Below, piece after piece: positions 47,481 to 59,350 of a DNA stretch of 64,000 bases. Made by a program: the position numbers and the translations under genes. The notes beneath the pieces are model-generated. The model saw only the letters and a list, made by a program, of their open reading frames with translations, was not told where the DNA came from and did not search any database. The DNA comes from Macrostomum lignano. Taxonomy: Eukaryota. Position 1 is the stretch's first letter; each line of letters starts with the position of its first letter. The stretch spans positions 21,156 to 85,155 of the forward strand of contig NIVC01001366.1 in the NCBI GenBank assembly GCA_002269645.1, given 5' to 3'.

Positions 47481-48071
47481 TACTAGTTTACTAATTTACT
47501 AGTATTTTACGAAATACAAAACAGGCTCACAGCAGCTGTACATTGAGTATTTTATAATCTCCTGAACTCAAAATCGGCCGCATGATCTTCGACCGAAGAC
47601 ACAAATTTGTTGGTGCTTGAGTAATATTTCACAGAAATTCAAAAAAGCAGGATTTCGGATCAGCCACACGAATGAATTATGAAATATGAGTCGGATAAAT
47701 TAAAAAAAATGTTTTATAAAAGCAAGTCAAGGACTACTAGACGAAGTGGTCCTTGAAGCAAGTACTCGTATTGAAGTTAGTCGTCCTTTTATTTTGTCAC
47801 CTCAAAAGAATGGCAAACCCCACAATTATAAGCCAAATACAATTTCCGACAATAAAGGGTTTCTTGCTTCCAATAATTCCAGTTTTCTTTAGCTGTCAAT
47901 CTGGTAAGTTATCAAAACTATCGGAATAATGAGTGATTCACTTATAACTTCAATGAGAGCTAGCCTACAGCTGAACAGACTGGACTGCTAATGCAGCGAC
48001 CTGGGTTCGAATCTTAGTAGTGTATATAAAGTGTATAAAAGTAGTGAAATTTTCTTTTTATGCGCTTAATA

Positions 48072-49272
48072 AACCAAGGATTTCTGCACTTGATAAACCA
48101 AGGATTACTGCACTTGATAAACCAAGGATTTCTGCACTTGATAAGCCAAGGATTACTGCACTTGATAAACCAAGGATTTCTGCACTTGATAAACCAAGGA
48201 TTTCTGCACTTGATAAACCAAGGATTTCTGCACTTGATAAACCAAGGATTTCTGCACTTGATAAACCAAGGATTACTGCACTTGATAAACCAAGGATTAC
48301 TGCACTTGATAAACCAAGGATTTCTGCACTTGATAAACCAAGGATTTCTGCACTTGATAAACCAAGGATTACTGCACTTGATAAACCAAGGATTTCTGCA
48401 CTTGATAAACCAAGGATTACTGCACTTGATAAACAAAGGATTACTGCACTTGATAAGCCAATGATTACTGCACTTGATAAACCAAGACTTACTGCACTTG
48501 ATAAACCAAGGATTTCTGCACTTGATAAACCAAGGATTACTGCACTTGATAAACCAAGGATTATTGCACTTGATAAACCAATGATTACTGCACTTGATAA
48601 ACCAAGGATTATTGCACTTGATAAACCAATGATTACTGCACTTGATAAACCAAGGATTATTGCACTTGATAAACCAAGGATTTCTGCACTTGATAAACCA
48701 AGGATTTCTGCACTTGATAAACCAAGGATTACTGTACTTGATAAACCAAGACTTTCTGCACTTGATATACCAAGGATTACTGCACGGATTACTGCACTTT
48801 ATAAGCCAAGGATTACTGCATTTTATATACCAAGGATTTCTGCACGGATTTCTGCACTTGATATACCAAGGATTACTGCACGGATTTCTGCACTTGATAA
48901 ACCAAGGATTTCTGCAATTGATAAACCAAGGATTTCTGCACTTGATAAACCAAGGATTTCTGCACTTGATAAACCAAGGATTTCTGCACTTGATAAACCA
49001 AGGATTTCTGCACTTGATAAACAAAGGATTACTGCACGGATTACTGCACTTGATAAACCAAGGATTTCTGCACTTGATAAACAAAGGATTACTGCACGGA
49101 TTACTGCACTTGATAAGCCAAGGATTTCTGCACTTGATAAACCAAGGATTTCTGCACTTGATAAACAAAGGCTTACTGCACGGATTACTGCACTTGATAA
49201 ACCAAGGATTACTCCACTTGATAAGCCAAGGATTACTGTACTTGATAAACCAAGGATTTCTGCACTTGATAA
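48072..49272. repeat. 24-bp minisatellite (with 12-bp sub-units)
   Basis: Unit tgcacttgataaaccaaggatttc, about 50 copies. Confidence 0.9.
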
Positions 49273-52109
49273 GCTTGGCTACATGTATGGGATTCTTTCT
49301 ATCCAGGGATGCTTGCTATTTAGGGATTCTTGCTATCTGCAGGATGCTTGCTATCTGGGTGGATGCTTCAACATAACTGGGGGATGCTTGCTATAGTTTC
49401 AAAGTTGCTTACTTTTGGAGGAGGGTGCTTGCTATCTGGAGGGATGCTTGCTGTCTTGGGAATATTTTCTATTTAGGGGGAATGTCTGTTATCTTTGTGA
49501 AAGCTATATTTTGTTGTCTGTTTGTTAATTTAAAAAAAAGATATTCATAGCAAATATCATTGTCCGTGTCAATTTTACATGAACAAGGTGATTTCTAAAA
49601 GTGAAGAAGGAATTGGTGTTTAAGAAAATGTGCTTTTTAATTTTTTCTATGAACTTTTTTTGCTCCTTGCTTATAGGGCGCCCCGAAAGGGGGTCCGCAC
49701 TAGATTGTTAGTGAGTGACTGAATTTATAATTTTGCTTCATCAAATCGATTGATGAATTACATGTAGGTGATTGATTAGGAACTGGAAGTTGCCACGCAT
49801 CATTGTGGTGGTTTCCGCTAAGGACCACTAGAAGTTACCGATGTATATGTATCATGAAGTTACCGAAGTTGAAGTTGGTAACTTCTTAAGTAGTCCTTGG
49901 CTTCCAATGTTGTTTTAACTCTTTTATCCAATCAAGAATTGCCATGAATAGGAGGTTGTGTCGTATAGCTATTTTAATAAAATGATTTATAACTATCAGT
50001 ATTTTGCTTTCCCTCCCCTCTACATGTATAACCCGAATCTTCCTAGCTTAGCCCTTACGTGCGAGCTAAAGGCGAGGTCAAAATTTCGACTACTTCTAGT
50101 CAAGGACATTGCTACACTAGTCTAGTCTAGTCTAGCACTATACTTCAAAGTCAACCTCAAAAGCTGCACATTCATCACCCCAAACTAAGCAATCGAAACT
50201 GCAATTCTTAAATGACCTGACCTGTGAAACGTACGGGACTCATGCAAATGTCTACAAAATTCCGTCAGCCACCTCTACGATTTTAAGTAATATCTCTTTA
50301 AATACACATTTTAGATCTAAATTCACCTTATGATAATATGATAAGACGCATCATATTAGTCTTAACGAAGCCGAGATTTTCAAAGGCTTAGTCAAAATGC
50401 GATCCATAGTTTGCCTTCAGATAGAAACGCAGCGTCCTCAGTCCTCGATAGAAATTAATAGCGAGGGATGAGGAGGAAAATCGTTCAAACTGCAGCAGCA
50501 GGAATCTCGCTTGCTGCCACAGAATTAAGCGAATATACGTGCTGCATTGGTGGGTGCAGCCCACTGTATTTTATTGTCACTAAATAATCTTCACTCGAAT
50601 AAGGTCGTAAAACCGTACGAAGCAAATCAAAAATTGCAACAATTGATGAAAGCTCAATGAGAAAGAATCGCAAACGGCCGAGTTTGCGTTTTTGAATCAC
50701 ATTCTGATCGTTTTACTCTGCGCGCAAATGATGTTTTGCCATAAGCAATCCTGTACTATTGAGCGTGCAGAGCTGTCAAGTAAAACGAAAATGCTGCTTT
50801 TGTGTGTTCTGGGTGCTATTTTGTCTTTTGTGCTTTTTAGCTCATGAATTGTCGAATTTCCTATTTTTCCAAGTTTTCATTTTTATAATCTTGAAGTTTT
50901 CCAGAGAAGGACTGCAGATTTTGCTATTAAGTGCAAATAACATTGATCGCAATGTCACTTCACGGTAATGACCTCTGATTAATGGACGGTCATTATGGGT
51001 AAGAAAATTCAATCAATTCTTAACCTTCCATTTGTACTTCGTTATAATCAACGCATCACTGATTTCATTTCAAGTCATCGTAGATCTCTCTCTCTCTGGA
51101 TTAGTTACGTACAAGAGTGACCTGCTTCACACCTTTGCTACGCTAAATGAATTAAAAACTTAACCACACGCTGCTACCTGACTGTTACCTGCCCATTCAG
51201 GTTAGTTGTGTGCGGTAAGGCTGCAGGAATATTTTTAGTAGCTACGAGCTGGCACAATCCACCGAGAAAGTTTATTCTCAGAGCCTCTGGGTGTGCTTCT
51301 ATTTAGTTTGCTAAGTACGAGCGACAAGCGTACAATGTGAAAGCGAAGTTCTCTTTTTAATTTACATTTAGAAACCCACATTCGTACAATAGAACCTCAG
51401 AATTCTGTCATTGCGCCTGTTTTGTGTACGAGCCGTAGTTTGCTTCCATTTTCACTTACCTACCCGATAGTTGCACTCAGCGGCTCTCCAGATCTGTCTT
51501 ATCAGAGACGCCGTCGTGTGATGCCAGGGTTGCATGCCAGATGTAGTGGCTTTCGTAAGTGAGTGTAAAGTTTTAGGCATTTTATACAGACAAGACTGAC
51601 ACACGTGACTAGAAATGAACTAAATTACAGCTGAGATCATAAACTTTGAAAAAAATAAAGCAGACAAATGAGCAAATCTGAGTTAGCTACAGAGCTACCG
51701 CAAAATTTAAAAGATTTGGCTGAAATATATGTAAGCTCATAGCTAGAAAAGCCAGGAGAATGAAAGCAAAAACGAACATTAGCTTTGATTACAACGGTTT
51801 TAATATTACTTTTAATATTTAGAATACATTAATATACTCGATTTTCTGGTTGTGAGTACCCCAAGTCTGACCCGAACAGACCTTAGTACTCGTACGAGTA
51901 TGCGTGGGCAAGCTGAATAAATGACCGGATAAGCTATAGATTAACTAAGTTACATTAAGGATTAACTAAGTCACACTACTATAAGTTAAGCTTTGTAGAA
52001 AAATGTATCAAAGTACAATAAGCATTGTTTTCTGCAACTAAGCTGGCCACACTGGCGACAGAAGTTCAGAATCTTTCACTTTATTAAGCCATTGTTGTAG
52101 CCGGCTCAA

Positions 52110-53366
52110 TCATTTGTCTTTGCCTTCCTCGTCGTTTTCGGAGTCGCAGTCGCAGTCGCAGACGCTCAGAATTTGAACCAAAAGTGCATCGAAGAATGCT
52201 TTCTTAGTCGCGTCATCGAGCGGAACCGGAGCACCATTGATCTCGTCAGTCACGACGTCTCCCATCGGGATGTGCTGCCCAACTTTCTTGCAGTTGCCGC
52301 AACGCGCCACGGCACGAAACTGTTGGCCGTCATACTCGATGGTGATCATTCTGCAGGGAGCAGCACGCGGGTTGCCCCGGGCTTTGTGGAATTCATGCAG
52401 CGCGTGCTGCTCCGCGCAGCTCGGCTCACCTCCAGCCGAACCGCGGACTTTAGGCGCTCCGTTCGGGAACTTTTCGTTCAGCATCCGCTGTGTGGTTGCT
52501 TCCTCCCCTTGGAAGGGATCCAGGCGCTGTGCCTTCCGAAGGCGGAAGGAATAGCCGGTGTATGCGGTACCTTCCACATCGATTACCATGGCGCACTTGG
52601 TTCCTTTGAGGCCTTCGGGGCCAGATTTTACAGCTTCCTTCATCTGTAGAGCGACATGCTGGATTTCTCGGACAATGACATCTACCGATTCTGCGCCCGC
52701 CAGTTCGAGTTTTCCCTGGCGAACTGCCTCGACGATTTCACTCTTCATCTGTGCGTACGCAGCTCTTTTCGCTGTGAAATTCTCTACGGCCTTTGCACCG
52801 CGGTAACCTGCCACACCATCAAAAACAAACGTCACCACCCAGTCGAAGCCTTCTCCAGCTGACATTTTATTGTTGCGGAGTTGGTCTACTGCATGAAAGT
52901 GTCCGTACAGCCGCTTTTCGTCATGAAGAGCCGAATCAACTGCAGATATGATCCCATCCATTGCTGCTCCCCCAGCAACTCCTCCGGCAGCGGCTCCCGC
53001 GGGACCACAGGCAGCACAGCCAGCAATCCCACCTCCGAGAACGCCCACTGAACGCGAGGCCGCCTTCATGGCTTTGTCACCGCCCTCTCTGTCACCGAAT
53101 GCGTAATGGCCGGCACCTTTCACGTGGCCGAGAACTGGAACTGCATCGGCAAAGTCGGAAACTCCATGAATAAAGTAGAGTTGGGACTCTTTAGCAAATT
53201 CAGAATTACCGCTAGCAAGAGCGACAGTTGCCACAACCTGCGATACAACAGGGCAACCCTTGACAAAGTTTTTTTGTGTTTGCTTGGCACCTTCGGTGTC
53301 GCCAGCAATCAGCTGGACCGCACTTTTTGTTTGGGAGATTACCGGCAGGCTGTCTGTATTTCCCAT
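52110..53366 (-). CDS. 418-aa polymorphic-toxin-like protein with a C-terminal zinc-dependent nucleic-acid deaminase-fold domain (YwqJ-like)
   Basis: Intronless ORF. MGNTDS myristoylation motif; three PV(I/V/L)(S/G)(Q/H)...G(D/N)xE repeats; glycine zipper at aa 107-138; C317-A-E319 and C356-G-N-C359 followed by MGDVVTD. A 5'-UTR GT-AG intron is predicted at 53517-53420. Confidence 0.75.
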   Translation of the reverse strand: MGNTDSLPVISQTKSAVQLIAGDTEGAKQTQKNFVKGCPVVSQVVATVALASGNSEFAKESQLYFIHGVSDFADAVPVLGHVKGAGHYAFGDREGGDKAMKAASRSVGVLGGGIAGCAACGPAGAAAGGVAGGAAMDGIISAVDSALHDEKRLYGHFHAVDQLRNNKMSAGEGFDWVVTFVFDGVAGYRGAKAVENFTAKRAAYAQMKSEIVEAVRQGKLELAGAESVDVIVREIQHVALQMKEAVKSGPEGLKGTKCAMVIDVEGTAYTGYSFRLRKAQRLDPFQGEEATTQRMLNEKFPNGAPKVRGSAGGEPSCAEQHALHEFHKARGNPRAAPCRMITIEYDGQQFRAVARCGNCKKVGQHIPMGDVVTDEINGAPVPLDDATKKAFFDALLVQILSVCDCDCDSENDEEGKDK

Positions 53367-54282
53367 TGTTACTCTTTATACGTTTGCCGGCTTCATCAGT
53401 GATAGCAATTTAAATCCGTCTGGAAAATGGGGAGGTTTTTAGTAGAAGGCGCAACTTTTTAGTACAGCTCAAATTATGTTTCAATTAAAAATTATCTTAA
53501 AATGGATAAAATCTTACCTTGCTCTAAGAAATTCTGATTCAGATTATGGAGGGTGAGGACGGCTGTCTACATCTTTGAGTTAGTCTATATAAGAGACGCT
53601 TTGCTGTAAAATCCTGCCACTATTATGCACGGACTGCTATTTTCTTTGTACCGTAAGCGGCAGCCACCTCGCCTTTGCTACTTGAAAAAAATTCGAGGCT
53701 CGTGCTGTGTATGTACGTATTAGCTCCATTGCGATTCTCAGCATCTTTTGAGCATGGATATTAGCCACTCTCATACTACTCATAGCACGGATGACGAAAG
53801 TGAAAAAGCGCAGTACAGAGGCCGTCTACTCGTGTACATGTAGATCCCAGCTTTTCAGCAAGACACCAAAAGTACCAAAGCTTAGACAGTAGCAGACTAG
53901 TTTGTTTTTTGTAGCTTATTTTGTACGATTACTTGCCTATGAACCACAAAGTCACAAACTTTATTCATTCATAGCTTGCTGATTGTCAGGCATCGGAGCA
54001 CATTCGGTACAATGACAACTAGGAACACTTCGTTATAAAGTCTAGTAGTCTAGACTCTAGACCCTTGATTCGGTGATGCAGATTTCTACATTTGCGACAG
54101 TGAGTAGGCAGCCCAGCCCTCTCGTGACTTAGCAATTTCAACCAATGCTCTCCTTCTGGTAATTTTTATACTATTGTTAGTAGCCTGGCCTTCACCATTC
54201 GCTTGGTCTACGACTAAGGACCGCTAAAATTTATCTGCGTGACAACCGACTGACAACAACTTGTGTCAGCCCCGGCTGTGCT

Positions 54283-54492
54283 GTCTCGGGGCTGTGCTGT
54301 CTCGGGGCTGTGCTGTCTCGGGGCTGTGCTGTCAGTCGGGACTGTGCTGTCAGTCGGGACTGTGCTGTCAGTCGGGACTGTGCTGTCAGTCGGGACTGTG
54401 CTGTCAGTCGGGACTGTGCTGTCAGTCGGGACTGTGCTGTCAGTCGGGACTGTGCTGTCATTCGGGACTGTGCTGTCAGTCGGGACTGTGCT
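54283..54492. repeat. 18-bp minisatellite
   Basis: Unit ctgtgctgtcagtcggga, about 10 copies plus shorter variants. Confidence 0.85.
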
Positions 54493-57196
54493 GGCTATAG
54501 CGATATCAATACATGTAGTTAGGAATTTCCACATTGGAATTGAGTACAGGCACCATTTTTACTTCAGAACCACCGGGAAACTGTAGCAACCAAGAATTCG
54601 CTGAGTTAATGCTAGTTGAGTAGTGGCTGCATCGCTCATACAGCAGACCGATGTCACTCGATGAAGCCATGGATCTCAGCCGCGGTCTCGCTGTCCCCGA
54701 GCAGCCAGGGTGATGGATTGATGGAACAGTGTTCTCGAGCTTGCGGAGGCTTGAGAGTCCCTAGCGGCGGTCAGGCCTGAGACAGAGAGAAAAGTATCAG
54801 TTTCAGTTGGTCATCGGTCATGCACTGCTTACCTGCCCAAGCACTGGTATTGGTGAACGGATCCAGCCGAAATCTCATGAATTTGAAGTGCCTTAAGATC
54901 CGTGCTGCAAGTAAATTACCCACCCAATTCAGCTCCTACCAGCTGCCACTATTCGACCGGCTCTACCAGAGTCAAATGCTTCAAAGCAATAATCACGGCA
55001 GTAGAACCCAAGCGTATTCAAGTTAATGGGGAAGATGCCTGCTGCTAAAGCGGCCTGATTTTTAGGGCTCAAGTCCCGGACAAGCGAGCAAACCCCCCCC
55101 CCCCCGAATGATCAGCCAAATACTTTGACTGTCTGCCCGCCGCGGCCGGCCGATCTCCAGCCAGATATTGAAAATAGATGGCCGGAGAATTTGATTTCCC
55201 AAGAGGCGGGGGAAGAGGTCAGATTGGGATCTCTGGCTGCAGCCGGGTTTCCCTTCGCGCGGATGCGGAGATGCCAGCTCAATCGGAGCTGCATTTTATT
55301 TTTATTCACCTGCCAATAAGGCGAACGGTTTCTCTTCCCAGATAGCTTGGCGAGACGCGGCTCTCCTGCTGCACTTCAAGCTGTCTCGGGCATTCGCGGG
55401 ATTCCTGACGGCGGATTCCAGCTGAGTGCCAGCAGCAGCGGTCATCTGTTTTGAGTTGAATCTGCTTTTAGAGGAAGAAAAGCTTTTAAGTCTTCTGTTG
55501 CTTGGCGGACTGCTGCTTGCGAAGGCATTTCAGTTCAGGCATTTTTTTCCGGCACAGGTAGCGGTGCTGGACTGTGCGCGCTTCCCCGCTACCTGAGGAA
55601 ATGCAAAAATCCGAAATCGCTGCTCTCTAGACTTGCCCGGGTAGTGGGGTTTGCAGCTGAGCACAAATTATTTGTTGTATTGATTAAATTCACAAATCCA
55701 ACCCAAGGCCAATCTGACTCCTTGGGGAATTTCAAGGATTTGGCTGGGAGCTGCACATCTCGAAATCTTCTTCAAAAACGTTGGTTGCAGAACGTTTTGC
55801 ACTTTTAACCTTCTGGACGCCTTCCAGATCGACCAGTTTCCGGGCCGGCTGGCTCGTTAGCTGGCATTCTGCGACTCTTGGAGCTTAAGAGGAGGTTAAA
55901 AATTAAAGCTTGGGAGACGGGTAGAGTGACAATGAGTGCGATGGAGTGACAATATTTGCAAGATTGAGTGAGGCGGATTGAGGCAGAGTGATGCAGGACG
56001 CTGAGAGACGGTGGCCGGGAGCCCAGCTGGTCGGACAGCTAATAACCAGCAAGTGGAGACTGCAGAAGCGCCCGCGCCGGGCCGCCGCTGCCCCGGTCAA
56101 ACAGGGCCGCCGCCAAGAGTGGAAGGCAAACACGAGAAGGCAAAACGAAATCAGAGGCAGCGGGGTTTGCTGCGTGCGCACTTTGCCCCTCAGCCAGTCT
56201 TAAACAGTCCATGCCCAGGCCACGCACAGCTTCAGGAGATCCTCTTGGCAACTCAGCTGAGCCGCTACTTTCAACTTTGCCGTGTCGCCTGCACTGCGGT
56301 CGATTTGCGCAATTCTGCACCGGCTTGAGGCCCTGGGCGGCTGCAGTTTTCTTAGAAAACACTCACTTTCTCCGGCCAGCTCTGCTTCTGCATCGCGAAA
56401 GTTGAAAGTTGCGCTTCCGGGTGGTCGCTAACTGCTTCCCAGTTCTCCGGTTTCGCCCATTTGCCTCCATCCTCCACACCGTAGGGAGAAGGCGGACTCA
56501 GCTGCCTGAGCCCTCGGACTTGCCGGAGACCTGCAAGCAGTCTCGCCAATAAAAAGATCGGAGCAGATCGGGCCGCCCCCCCCCCCAGCTCCCCACTCCA
56601 GCACGCCGCTGCTGCGCTCCTCCAGAAATTGACTAACAATTGTTTGCACTGGCGGCAATAGAGCGAGGCCCGCTGTGGGCTGCCAAGAGGCTCCGCAGAC
56701 AGCCGGTTCTCACAGCCCCTGTTGCTCTGCACTCTCAGTGACTTGCTGGGGTCAAACAGGAATTGATTCCCAGCCTGCCCCGGTCTGACTTCTTAACCGG
56801 CTACAGGGGTTGGGGGACTGCCTGGCAAGTGCCAACTGTCAGCAAGTCCAGAGCGCCAATGCAAGTGTTGCCAGCCGCTCGCCTGTTCAGTCACAGCCCG
56901 CCCCGCCCCATTGGAGTTGATGGCATTGAAATGCGCCATTGAGCTGGGCAAGTTTATGGCATCCCGCCAGACGAGCAGCTGACGCCAGCGCCGTCTCACC
57001 AGCTGGCCGCGAGAGGGCTGGGATCGGCAGCGCAACCGCCACCGCGGCTGATTGGCCAACGGTCTGCCAGCCAATCGGAGTCGTCTGTGGCCGGCCGAAA
57101 GAATTTCCTTAGCAAAGACGAGAACAACGAAGAAGCAAGCAAAGAAGACAAGTAGCAACAGAAAAGACGAAAAGACGGCGCCGGCGGCCACGAGAA

Positions 57197-59350
57197 ATGC
57201 CGGATCTGACAAAGCCAGGCCGTCGAGAGCTGCTGCTCAGCCGGCTGCGGCAGCTGCTTGGCAGCTCCACAGCTCACGGTGTGAACAAGCTGGTGCAGCA
57301 GGACACCAACTGGACGGTGCGCGTGATCTGGTTCACGATCTTTGTGAGCGCCGTCTGCGGGGTGACGCTGCACACGGCCACCGTCATTCGCCTGTACTTC
57401 AGCTACCCCGTCAGCTCCACGGTGCGCCAGGAGGTCAACGGATTCGAGTTCCCGGACGTCACCATCTGCGACACCATGCTGAAGAAGTTCTTCCTGTACA
57501 ATGTGTCCCACTATGACCGGCGCACCGAGGACCGCGCCTTCAGCCGCTTCTCCCAGGTGGTGCAGACGATGTTGGGCTACCAGTTCGGCTGGGAGTCCAA
57601 GAAGTTCCTGAAGGCCACCTACACGGCCTCCGGCCACATGTTCAACATGTCTGAGGTCAGCGCCAGGGCACAGGACTTTGTGCTGTACTGCGAGTTCGAC
57701 CAGAAGCCGTGCAGTCACAAAGACTTCGTCCTGTACTACGACAAAGAGTACGGCAACTGCTACACCTTCCAGCCGGCGTCCAGGCAGCTGGAGAAGGCGG
57801 GAGCAGAGATGGGTCTCATCATGGTACTGTACCCGCCCTCAGTCGATGCGAACTTCGAGGAGGACCGCATCATGAAGACGGCCACAGGCCTGGAGAGCAA
57901 AGGCTTCCAGGTGACGGTTCATCAGCGCAACACGCGGCCGGACCCGCACGAGTTCGGCATCACCGCCCCGGTCGGCATGCGCACCGACTTCGCGCTGTCG
58001 CAGGCGAAGATCCGCCTGGCCAACACGAACACGCGGCCCTGCGCCCCGGCCGGCGTGCGCCGCTTCTGGAACCCCTTCCTCCGCCTCCACCAGGAGTACG
58101 AGGACCGCCTCTACAGCTGCGTGGAGAATGAGGACGCGCTGAGCCTGCTCAGAACCTGCCGCTGCACCATCGAAGGCCTGATACCAGCGGAGGAAAAACG
58201 CCTGCTGCAGGCGGATTACTGCCACGACATCCTCGACATGCGGAACTTCAACAGCAGCCGCTTTGCCAGAGTCTCCAACCTGGTGCTCAACATGTGGCGC
58301 ATCTTCTCCGAGGAGCGCAAGAGGAAGTACGCAGCCCTCATCGTCAAGGTGATCGGCGCCAAGATCATCGAGAAGTTTCCCGATCTCGGCGAGCGGCTCA
58401 ACCGGGCTGAGTGCGCTTACAACTTCTCGCAGAAGCAGAGCCTCTCTCTGTGCCTGAACGAGTGCCAGTACAGCGAGTACTCGTCCGCCATTGCGCTGGC
58501 CGAATGGCCGGACCGAACTTTCGCCAGCCGAGGCAGCCTCATCCGCATCAAGAAGCTGGGCAGCATGCTCGCCGACTACATCTCTGTGGTGGCGAACCTG
58601 ACGCCGCCTGCAGCTCTGGTCACTTCGCTGGGCATCTCCAATCGAAACGTGTCTAGCTGCCGGGAGGACATCCACCCCAACTACGACCCCGCGGCGCTGG
58701 AGGACACTGACTGCACGGACCTGCAGCGGTTCGTCAGCAACACGCTGGTGCAGGTGAGGGTCTACCCCAAGACGCTCACCGTGCGCCTGCTGATTGAGGA
58801 GCGGAGCTACGAGCTCGAGAAGCTCTTCTCAGACATTGGCGGCATCCTCGGCCTGTGGGTCGGCATCAGCGTCATCACCATCTTCGAGCTGGCGGAGATC
58901 GCAGTGCTGTCTGCTGCCTTCCTCTACAACCTTATCAACAAGCCCGGCGGCGCCAGCGGCCAGCAGCAGCCGCCAAACTCGTCACCCACTCGCCGGGTCG
59001 ATGAGGCACTCGAGGCTTCAGAACCGCCTCAGCGGCTGCTGCAGCGGCGAAGGCAGCGGCTTGACCCGCGAGATCAGGCCGAGTCACCGCCGCTGCTGCC
59101 ACATCAAAATGGCAGCCTTCTTCGGCATCAGCAGCAGCAGCAGCAACAGCTTCAGCCACAGAAGCAACTACATCAAGAGCAAAGCCAGCAACAAGAACAA
59201 CTGCTGCCGCAGAGGCAACAAGCAGAGCAAGAACAGCAGAAGAAAAAGCAGCAGGACAGCCAAGAGCAATCGCAGCAGCAACGGCGTCACGTGATGTTGC
59301 AGCAGCGGAAGGACATCTGTTTAAACTACGATATTGAGACAACGCTGTGA
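57197..59350 (+). CDS. DEG/ENaC/ASIC-family ion channel subunit, intronless, 717 aa with a polyQ C-tail
   Basis: STAHGV (HG motif), TM1 VIWFTIFVSAVCGVTLH, FPDVTIC, YGNCYTF, Cys-rich thumb and TM2 LFSDIGGILGLWVGISVITIFEL with a G-x-S filter. Confidence 0.93.
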   Translation: MPDLTKPGRRELLLSRLRQLLGSSTAHGVNKLVQQDTNWTVRVIWFTIFVSAVCGVTLHTATVIRLYFSYPVSSTVRQEVNGFEFPDVTICDTMLKKFFLYNVSHYDRRTEDRAFSRFSQVVQTMLGYQFGWESKKFLKATYTASGHMFNMSEVSARAQDFVLYCEFDQKPCSHKDFVLYYDKEYGNCYTFQPASRQLEKAGAEMGLIMVLYPPSVDANFEEDRIMKTATGLESKGFQVTVHQRNTRPDPHEFGITAPVGMRTDFALSQAKIRLANTNTRPCAPAGVRRFWNPFLRLHQEYEDRLYSCVENEDALSLLRTCRCTIEGLIPAEEKRLLQADYCHDILDMRNFNSSRFARVSNLVLNMWRIFSEERKRKYAALIVKVIGAKIIEKFPDLGERLNRAECAYNFSQKQSLSLCLNECQYSEYSSAIALAEWPDRTFASRGSLIRIKKLGSMLADYISVVANLTPPAALVTSLGISNRNVSSCREDIHPNYDPAALEDTDCTDLQRFVSNTLVQVRVYPKTLTVRLLIEERSYELEKLFSDIGGILGLWVGISVITIFELAEIAVLSAAFLYNLINKPGGASGQQQPPNSSPTRRVDEALEASEPPQRLLQRRRQRLDPRDQAESPPLLPHQNGSLLRHQQQQQQQLQPQKQLHQEQSQQQEQLLPQRQQAEQEQQKKKQQDSQEQSQQQRRHVMLQQRKDICLNYDIETTL

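Noticed and set aside
48014-49396. Long ORFs (384-458 aa) such as (ISALDKPR)n
   Set aside because: By-products of a 24-bp minisatellite lacking stops in several frames on both strands; no unique domain.
49655-50100. Possible Helentron/DINE-1-like or Helitron ends (cgccccgaaagggg hairpin + ACTAGATT; hairpin + CTAGT at 50096)
   Set aside because: Matching subterminal repeats could not be established by eye; needs a multi-copy alignment.
54600-57190. Many short GC-rich ORFs upstream of the DEG/ENaC gene
   Set aside because: No domain motifs, consistent codon bias or splice chain; antisense and overlapping ORFs are expected at this GC content.
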